Part shown: positions 57,238 to 64,000 of the stretch, piece by piece
How positions within the stretch are numbered: position 1 is the first letter of the stretch
How the letters are laid out: the number at the start of each line of letters is the position of its first letter
Notes under the pieces: generated by a model
The model's input: the letters and a program-made list of their open reading frames with translations, nothing else
Told to the model about the DNA's origin: nothing
Database searches by the model: none
Assembly (NCBI GenBank): GCA_963755125.1
Contig: CAVWIP010000002.1
Location: 175,944 to 239,943, forward strand
Reading direction: 5' to 3'
Origin: an uncultured delta proteobacterium
GTDB taxonomy: Bacteria > Myxococcota_A > Polyangia > Fen-1088
DNA length: 64,000 bases
Program-made: the position numbers and the translations under genes

Positions 57238-57908
57238 GGGTGTTGAGGGCCACCCAACCGGAGCGGCGAATCGCTCCATAGAGGGTCAGGTTCTTGCCCC
57301 AGTTCATCGGCACCCGGTCGATAAACTCGCATCCGCGCTTGACCCACGCGTGGCTCCGCCCCATCGAGGTGTTCAGCCCCGACTCGTCGAGAAATACCAG
57401 GCGATCCGTGGGGACGCGGGCGATCCAGCGTCGGTAGGCGCCGCGCTTCGCTATGACTTCGGGCCGCAGACTCTCCAGCGGCCGGCGGCGTTTTTTTTGA
57501 CCACGTAGCCGTGACGATGAAGCGCTCTCTTCATACTCGATGCATGGACCCGCGCTCGCCCGCGCCGGCCGCGGTTGAACTCCGCCGTCAGTTCTTTCGC
57601 TGTGGGGTCGCCCAGCTTGTCGAGCAAGCCGGCGATTTCCTCGGCGGCGATGGTCGACGGCGTTCCGCCTCTTTTGGGTCGTGGCGTCGTATCGCCGTTG
57701 GCTCGATAGAGTCGAACCCAGCGGAAGACCGTGGCTGCGCAGACGTCAAATCGGACACCAACAGCGGCGTAGCCACCTTCGCCCGCTTCGTAGGCTCGGA
57801 CCACACGGTTCCTCAGTTCGGTCGAGTACGGTTCTGCCATGCGCCCAAGAGATCATGGGCTACCCATCAAGGCAAGAACTATTTCCACTCAGGTGAGCAC
57901 AGGGGTTA
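57221..57908 (-). mobile_element. Truncated IS630-family insertion sequence
   Basis: OrfA 57451-57840 (MAEPYSTELRNRV HTH). An A8 run (57491-57498) allows a -1 shift into KRRRPLES...RLVFLDESGLNTSM...NWGKNLTLYGAI, which stops at 57221 before the second Asp and the Glu. Left end next to TA at 57907-57908. Confidence 0.85.
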
Positions 57909-57933
57909 GTTCCCTGGGGATCGTCACATTCCT

Positions 57934-57963
57934 ATTCTCCTGCACCAGAACACCATTCTTCTG
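57934..57963 (-). repeat. 30-bp inverted repeat, right copy
   Basis: Minus strand CAGAAGAATGGTGTTCTGGTGCAGGAGAAT. Confidence 0.85.
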
Positions 57964-58098
57964 CCCATTAGCGTGCGAAGAATACCGCAATATCACTGCG
58001 AGAGTCCTGCAAGGTGCCGGATGCTGACGAGGGACAGCTTCTCGTGATTCGGCGGCGTTGGGTTTTGCTTCCTGTCGCTATCGCCCCAAACCGCGCAG

Positions 58099-60075
58099 TC
58101 ACGCCAACTGGGGCCTGTCCGCAACCGGGGCTTCCTCGATACGCGCGCGGCGTGCGATTCCGGCGGCGGCGTAGACGGCAGGCTCGTCGAGTGTCTCGTG
58201 GATCAGGAGCTGTTTCGCAATGGCGTCGAGCTTGGCGCGGTTCTCCTTGAGTAGCCGCCGCGCCTCGGCCAGGCACTCCTCCGAGATGCGGCGCACCTCC
58301 TCGTCCACCAGATCGAGCATGGCGTTTGAAGTCCCGCTCATGCCGGGAAGTCCCTCGGCCGGGAGCACGGAGACTGGGCCGATCTTGTCCGACATGCCCC
58401 AACGACCGACCATGGCGCGGGCGATGCGGGTGACGGTCTCCAGGTCGTTCTCCGCGCCGCTGGTCACCACTGCGAAAACTTCTTGCTCTGCGGCCATGCC
58501 GCCCAGCGCTCCGACGATGCGTCCGCGCAGGTATTTCGTATCAGCCCCGTAGCGGTCTTGCTCCGGGGTTGACAGAGTCACGCCCAAGGCGCGTCCTCGC
58601 GGAATGATCGATACTTTGCGTACCGGATCGGCCCCCGCCTGCAGCATACCCAGCAGAGCATGGCCCGCTTCGTGGTAGGCGGTACGGCGCCGCTCCTCTT
58701 CCGGTATGATCACGTTGCGGGCAGCGCCGAGCTGCACTTTCTCCAGCGCGTCGGTGAAATCGCGCTGGCACACGCGCTCCTCCCCTCGCCGCGCGGCCAG
58801 GAGCGCCGCCTCGTTGACCAGGTTGGCCAGCTCCGCGCCCGTCAGGCCCGGCGTGGACGCGGCAATCGCGTCCAGATCTACGTCGCTGGCGAGAGGGACC
58901 TGACGCGTATGAACGCCCAGGATGGCGGCGCGGCCCTTGTGGTCGGGCGACTGGACCATGATCGTCCGGTCGAAACGGCCCGGCCGGAGCAAGGCGGGGT
59001 CGAGAACGTCGGGACGGTTGGTGGCGGCCAGCACCACGACGCCTTCGTGGCCAGAGAAGCCGTCCATCTCGGTCAGGATCTGGTTCAGGGTTTGCTCGCG
59101 CTCGTCGTGACCACCGGCTGCGAATGCGCCCGCACGCGAGCGCCCGATGGTATCGATCTCGTCGATGAAGATGATCGCCGGGGCGACCTTGCTCGCTTCC
59201 GCGAAGAGCTCGCGCACACGGCTGGCCCCGACGCCCACGATCATCTCGATGAACTCCGAGGCGCTGGCGCTGAAAAATGGAACGTTGGCCTCCCCTGCGG
59301 TGGCGCGGGCGAGCAGCGTCTTGCCCGTCCCGGGCGCTCCGGTGAGGAGCACACCCTTGGGCGCGCGGGCCCCCACCCGGCGGTACTTCGCCGGATCCCT
59401 CAGGAAATCGACGATCTCGCTGATCTCCGCCTTGACCTCGTCGATGCCGGCCACGTCGTCGAAAGTGGCGCGAACTTTATCGGGATCGACGGGCGTGCTC
59501 GCGCGGTTGCCGAAAAGCCCGCCGAGTCCTCCCATCGACTTCTGTTGGCGCTTGAACAAAACGCTGTACAGCCCGAACATGAGCAGGAACGGCGCCACCG
59601 AGATCAGCAGGTTATAGAGGAAGCCGCGTTCCTGCACCAAAGGCTTCGCCCGCACGGTCGCTGCGTTCGACTCGAGCTGCGACAGAAGGTCATCCGTCGC
59701 AAAGGTCGGGCGCTCGGTGGTGAACTGCTGGTATGTTCCGGTCTTCTGGCCAGGCGCCGGCTTCGGCTGCTTGAGCACGCCCTGCACCGTGTTGCCTCGG
59801 GCGAACACCTCGTGGACGTTCTTGCTCGCCACCTGGGCCTTGAACTCGGTGTACGACACCACCAGCGGACCGGAGAGCCGGTCTTGCATCGTGAAGAGCG
59901 CGAAGAGCGCCCCGTAAATCAAGAGCCACTGCGCCCACCCGACCCAGCGGGGCTTCTGTTTTGCGGGGGCTCCCTCGGGCAAGCCCTCGGTACGCCACGG
60001 CCGCGGAGGTGCTTGGTCGGAAGGAGCATCGGCTCGAGCCGCGCCCTGTTGTAGCTGCGTTTCTTGGTCTTTCAC
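58099..60075 (-). CDS. ftsH: ATP-dependent zinc metalloprotease FtsH (accessory paralogue)
   Basis: Two TM helices, [53 protein letters not shown]. Start GTG 60075. Confidence 0.95.
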   Translation of the reverse strand: MKDQETQLQQGAARADAPSDQAPPRPWRTEGLPEGAPAKQKPRWVGWAQWLLIYGALFALFTMQDRLSGPLVVSYTEFKAQVASKNVHEVFARGNTVQGVLKQPKPAPGQKTGTYQQFTTERPTFATDDLLSQLESNAATVRAKPLVQERGFLYNLLISVAPFLLMFGLYSVLFKRQQKSMGGLGGLFGNRASTPVDPDKVRATFDDVAGIDEVKAEISEIVDFLRDPAKYRRVGARAPKGVLLTGAPGTGKTLLARATAGEANVPFFSASASEFIEMIVGVGASRVRELFAEASKVAPAIIFIDEIDTIGRSRAGAFAAGGHDEREQTLNQILTEMDGFSGHEGVVVLAATNRPDVLDPALLRPGRFDRTIMVQSPDHKGRAAILGVHTRQVPLASDVDLDAIAASTPGLTGAELANLVNEAALLAARRGEERVCQRDFTDALEKVQLGAARNVIIPEEERRRTAYHEAGHALLGMLQAGADPVRKVSIIPRGRALGVTLSTPEQDRYGADTKYLRGRIVGALGGMAAEQEVFAVVTSGAENDLETVTRIARAMVGRWGMSDKIGPVSVLPAEGLPGMSGTSNAMLDLVDEEVRRISEECLAEARRLLKENRAKLDAIAKQLLIHETLDEPAVYAAAGIARRARIEEAPVADRPQLA

Positions 60076-60088
60076 GCGATCCCTCGAC

Positions 60089-60104
60089 TGCAATGCTTGT
60101 GCCG
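60089..60104 (-). promoter_or_regulatory. sigma54 -24/-12 promoter of ftsH
   Basis: Minus strand CGGCACAAGCATTGCA (GG-N10-GC). Confidence 0.65.
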
Positions 60105-60159
60105 AATCTCCATCGTCGGATGGCAACGGCTGACGCGAAGAAATGCGCGGTCCGATGAA

Positions 60160-60189
60160 TGCGGATTCGGCACAGGTGCGAAATCCGCA
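60160..60189. promoter_or_regulatory. Dyad/tandem candidate enhancer shared by divergent sigma54 promoters
   Basis: TGCGGATTCGGCA and TGCGAAATCCGCA with a 17-bp period; the whole 30-mer is an imperfect palindrome. Confidence 0.55.
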
Positions 60190-60258
60190 CGAGCCAATCC
60201 CAATCTCGGCACCCCCCGATCCGCGGGGAGTTCGAGCGCAGCCTCAACACGCGCCCGG

Positions 60259-60274
60259 TGGCCCGCATCTTGCC
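60259..60274 (+). promoter_or_regulatory. sigma54 -24/-12 promoter of the general stress protein gene
   Basis: TGGCCCGCATCTTGCC (GG-N10-GC). Confidence 0.7.
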
Positions 60275-60353
60275 TAAGCAACCGCGCATGGCGAAAAGGC
60301 CCGAATGATTCGTGCCGCATCGCCGACCGGAAACTGATGCGAGGAGGAGAAAC

Positions 60354-60725
60354 ATGAAACCACGATCAAATGGAATCGCCGCAGGCTCGAGGGCAGTCAT
60401 CGCCGTCTACAACACCCACTCGGAAGTCGACGCGGCAGTGAAGGAACTGCAGAGAGGCGGCTTCGACATGAAGAAGCTGTCGGTCGTCGGCAAGGACTAC
60501 CACACCGACGAACAAGTGGTCGGCTACTACAACACGGGAGACCGGATGAAGTACTGGGGAAAAACTGGTGCACTATGGGGTGGACTGTGGGGCCTGCTGT
60601 TCGGTGCGGCGTTCCTCTGGGTGCCTGCCGTCGGGCCGCTGTTGGTCGCTGGCCCCCTTTCGGCCTCAATTATAGCTGCGCTGGAAAGTGCAGTCGTGGT
60701 TGGCGGTTTGAGCGTCCTTGGGTAG
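60354..60725 (+). CDS. General stress protein / DUF1269-like membrane protein, apparently 3'-truncated
   Basis: RBS GAGGAG; AVYNTH...KKLSVVGKDYHTDEQVVGYY...WGGLWGLLFG...VAGPL...GGLSVLG* stops right after the TM hairpin. Confidence 0.8.
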   Translation: MKPRSNGIAAGSRAVIAVYNTHSEVDAAVKELQRGGFDMKKLSVVGKDYHTDEQVVGYYNTGDRMKYWGKTGALWGGLWGLLFGAAFLWVPAVGPLLVAGPLSASIIAALESAVVVGGLSVLG

Positions 60726-62176
60726 CCGGTGAGAAGTGGCCCCACCGAAGAGATGGCAGGCCCGGACTTACACCGCACCGCCGCATAGATTCCGGCCTTT
60801 TCCGTGTACGGGCCGCAGTCCGCGCCGCCGAACGCGAAGCTGGCCGTGCCGGGAGCGACAAAATCGTTATAGAACAGCTCGCCTGACGCCCCTCCGTTCG
60901 ATAAGGCGGTCGAGCCCCAGGAAACCGCCGATAAGTTCGTGACATATTGATCGGCAGCCGTTACGCCGGCGGCCACCATCCCACCGTACTGCGACAAGTT
61001 AGCATCCTGCGCCGGCGAATTCCCGATACTCTCCCACGCGGCGCCGCTTAACAGGAAAGAAGAGACAATCTCATAACTCAGATGGGAGGGTGTGTCGACA
61101 TACGCGATTCCCGGCGCGGTGCAGCTCAAGAATTCTCCCGCTAACCCACCTTCCGAACTGGGAGGAATGTGGCAGTAATCGATCACCCTGGTACGCCCCG
61201 GGCCGGCGAAATCGAGCGACCCACTGGTCAGACCGACAACGCCGTCACTCTGCTGCGAGGGACCGGCATTGCCGATTACGGCCACGGCATCCACGCCCCG
61301 CAGGTCGTCGCCGAATTGATTCCAGGTCGCCAGATCCCAGAGAAACTGGCTGGCGGGTTTCATTTCGGTGGCTTGAGTGCCGGTGCCAAAAAGGGCCTCG
61401 GCGAGCGCGGAATCCAGCAGAAAGGAGCCGAAGTGCGGCGTGGCAAGAAATACCGCCTTCCTGATTATCGGCGTGGCTGGCGGGTTAAAAACACCGGTCG
61501 AGGCTTGTTGCCCCGCAAGGTAGGCGCGAACGATGAGGCCACCCATACTATGGGCCACCACGTCGACCTGTGGCGCGCCGAGCGTATTCAGGAACGTCCC
61601 CAAATCCGCCCCGAGCTGCTCGATAGAGCACCCCGGACACTCCGTGCAATTCTCGAAAAAGTACACCGCGGGCGCATTGTTCGGAGGTCCTTCGAGATAG
61701 CTCTTCAGATTGCCAAAGGTGCCGCTGGAATCGCTCGACATCGGGCAGGAACTGGCCAGCACCAATTGAAATCCGTCGAGCAAGACGACAGGAGGCACCG
61801 TGGATGCCGCCGCGGGCGTCGCAAACGGCTTAACGTTCACCTGAAGGGTTGTCGCGCGCTCTTCTCCCCGATCGTTCGTGAAGGAGACCGAGACCGTATA
61901 ATCGCCCGGCTCGGCGGTGAGGGGAACGCCCAGGAGGATCTGTTCGCCGAGCGGGTCGGAGGCGATGGGAAAGCTTCGGCTGGACGCCTTGGCGACGCGG
62001 GTTTTCGCGGATTTCATGAACACGAGCGATTCGGGCGGCGCGTCGATACCGACGCGCTCTCCGGCGGTCACCGTGTATTGCCGTCGATTGACGACAAGCG
62101 GGCGAACCTGGGCGAACAGTATGCTTGCGAAGCAGAACGATGCGATGAATAGGGCCAGCGATCTGGTGGAGAACAC
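60720..62176 (-). CDS. Exported alpha/beta hydrolase (lipase/PGAP1-like), apparently 3'-truncated
   Basis: Signal peptide, PVVLLDG, VDVVAHSMGG nucleophile elbow, ATPHFGS, SDGVV. The ORF tail to 60527 is the antisense of the stress gene. Confidence 0.75.
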
Positions 62177-62441
62177 CGTTCGATTTTACCGCTCCCTCCG
62201 CTCGCCTGGAATCGCGACACGTTTTGCAGGGCCGCGTCAGAGAAGAGGCGGGTTGCCAACCGGCTGCAAGATTGACAATCTGCCCTTCAAAGGCGCCTCG
62301 CCGCCCTCGCGTATACCTGCCCTCAGGCGCTTGACCTCCGCCGAAACCGGCGAAAACCGAAACCCCTACAACTGGCAGTATTTCCGCAACTCCTGTAAAA
62401 TGCCTGTCTGCCGACTTTCATTCCCAAAGGAGCGACTCGCG

Positions 62442-64000
62442 ATGCGATCTAGACGGTACGGACGAATATTGCTGGCGATAACGGTGAGCGCATGGTGCGT
62501 CGCCTGGGGCCAGGGCGGCACGGGCCGAGCCGGCCGGGCGGCAGCCGCTGCCCAGCAGGCCGCGCCGCCTGCGAGCGCGCCTACCGCTCCGGCGGGACGC
62601 GGAGGACGCGGCGGCGGCGAAGCAACCGGTGCCGGCGACTTCTTCACCTACGACGCCACGGCAAGCATTGCACCGTCGATTCCAGATTCCCCGCCCACGG
62701 AGACGCACCAGAAAATCGCCGTCGACGGGGACTCGCTTGCCTATACCGCGCGGGCGGGCTACCTGCCGCTCCACAACGCCACCACCGGGCAATCGGAAGC
62801 GCACCTCTTCTATACCAGCTACTTCAAAGACGGCGTCAGCGATGCTTCGGCGCGCCCGCTCTTCTTCTTTCTGGGCGGTGGCCCGGGTGTGTCGGCCGCC
62901 TGGCAGGAGTTCGGAGGCTTCGGCCCGAAACGCATGCGCTGGTCGAGCGACGGCACTGCCGGAGAGCCGCCCTATGGGTGGGTCGATAATCCAGGCACGC
63001 TCCTCACGCAGGCCGATCTGGTCTTCGTCAATCCCGTGGGAACGGCGTTCAGCCGGCCCGATCAGCCATCGCGCGGAGCGGCCTTTTGGAATACCGCCGG
63101 CGACGTCGCGTCCCTGGCGGAATTTGTGCGCAGCTTCCTCAATTCCGTCAACCGGCGCAATTCGCCGCTCTTTCTGGCGGGCGAGGATCTGGGCACGGGC
63201 CGCGTAGCCGGTCTCGCCGCCTATCTCCACGAGCACCAGATCCCCGTACGCGGCGTGGTACTGCTTTCCCTGACCATGAGCGCCGACGCTCTCGCCGGCG
63301 ATGCGCAGTATATTACGCTGCTGCCGAGCCTGGTCATGTCGGCCTGGTACCACAAGAAGCTCTCGCCGGAGCTGAATGGCATGAGCGCGGAACAAATCTC
63401 CGAACGGGCGCGGCAGTTCGCCTCGCGCGCGTATCTGCACGCCTTGTATAAGGGCGACCGCATGACGCCCGAGGAACGGACCAAAGTAATCGCCGACCTT
63501 GCGCGCCTCACCGGCCTTTCGAAAGAATTCGTCGTCAACAACGACTTGCGCGTCACGCTCGAACGCTTCAACGCCGAACTGATGCGCGAGCAGCACCGCG
63601 GCTTGTCCAGCTCCGATGCACGAGTCACCGGCTTTGTCCCGCCGGCGGCCGGAGGCCGCGGCGGCGGTGGAGGCGGTGGTGGACGCGGCGGCTTTGGCAC
63701 CGCCCCCGCCCTCGACTTCAATGAGAGCAATCTCGCCGGCGGATTCGCGGCTGCTTATGACGCCTATCTGCGGCGCGAACTCACCTTCGCCGGCAACAGC
63801 AACGGAATCTTCTACCTGTCGAGCGGCGGAATCGGCACTTTCACATCCACCGGAAACGATGACCAGAGCCTTGCCGGCGCATTCGCCCGCAATCCCAACC
63901 TGCGTCTCTTCGTAGGCATCGACTATTTCAACCTGAACGCCCCGTTCTACGCCGCCGAGTTCACGCTGGCGCACCTGAACGTATCGCCCGAGGTCGCGGC
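62442..64000 (+). CDS. S10 serine carboxypeptidase-like protein (runs off the window end); catalytic Ser replaced
   Basis: Not in the ORF track; translated manually from ATG 62442 (RBS AAGGAG): signal peptide, LAYTARAGYLP, RPLFFFLGGGPG, FGPKR, DLVFVNPVGTAFS, SPLFLAGEDLGT. Confidence 0.85.
   Translation, partial: MRSRRYGRILLAITVSAWCVAWGQGGTGRAGRAAAAAQQAAPPASAPTAPAGRGGRGGGEATGAGDFFTYDATASIAPSIPDSPPTETHQKIAVDGDSLAYTARAGYLPLHNATTGQSEAHLFYTSYFKDGVSDASARPLFFFLGGGPGVSAAWQEFGGFGPKRMRWSSDGTAGEPPYGWVDNPGTLLTQADLVFVNPVGTAFSRPDQPSRGAAFWNTAGDVASLAEFVRSFLNSVNRRNSPLFLAGEDLGTGRVAGLAAYLHEHQIPVRGVVLLSLTMSADALAGDAQYITLLPSLVMSAWYHKKLSPELNGMSAEQISERARQFASRAYLHALYKGDRMTPEERTKVIADLARLTGLSKEFVVNNDLRVTLERFNAELMREQHRGLSSSDARVTGFVPPAAGGRGGGGGGGGRGGFGTAPALDFNESNLAGGFAAAYDAYLRRELTFAGNSNGIFYLSSGGIGTFTSTGNDDQSLAGAFARNPNLRLFVGIDYFNLNAPFYAAEFTLAHLNVSPEVA

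Noticed and set aside
58020..58050. Hammerhead-like CTGACGA core
   Set aside because: No GAAA after stem II and no supporting stems.
60527..60719. Genuine ~200-bp antisense overlap between the hydrolase and the stress gene
   Set aside because: Better explained as run-through across the junction at ~60720.

Overview
GC-rich bacterial window. Bases 1 to ~60,720 have a gene repertoire typical of Myxococcota (inferred from the gspC/gspD type II secretion genes, Cys-rich MopE-type repeat lipoprotein, ECF/FecR cassette, and FHA and PP2C signalling genes). Bases 1 to ~49,700 are mostly core genes: gspD (partial), gspC, a sigma54 response regulator, a GH30 hydrolase, two diguanylate cyclases, aroC, speA, a radical SAM protein, an M16 protease, a divergent-type membrane pyrophosphatase, dnaJ, an Slt, ispA/xseB, cinA-recA-lon, dnaK and lgt. 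Bases ~49,700-60,720 form an accessory block with four sigma54 (-24/-12) promoter motifs and its own PAS-domain enhancer-binding protein. It also carries an ABC1 kinase, a ptsP interrupted by an in-frame TGA, a DUF1269 gene, a second ftsH, IS630 and CBS-gene remnants, and a 30-bp inverted repeat pair 3.7 kb apart. At ~60,720 two convergent genes both appear cut, and the DNA to the right looks Acidobacteriota-like, so this is probably a chimeric or contig junction. The main candidates for novelty are: an S4-less TlyA-type methyltransferase fused to a THUMP/RlmL-type methyltransferase, the sigma54 island with its inverted repeats, a stand-alone ZZ-like zinc finger, and an S10 peptidase lacking its catalytic serine. 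I found no CRISPR array, rRNA or tRNA. All family calls come from reading motifs by eye; no searches were run.
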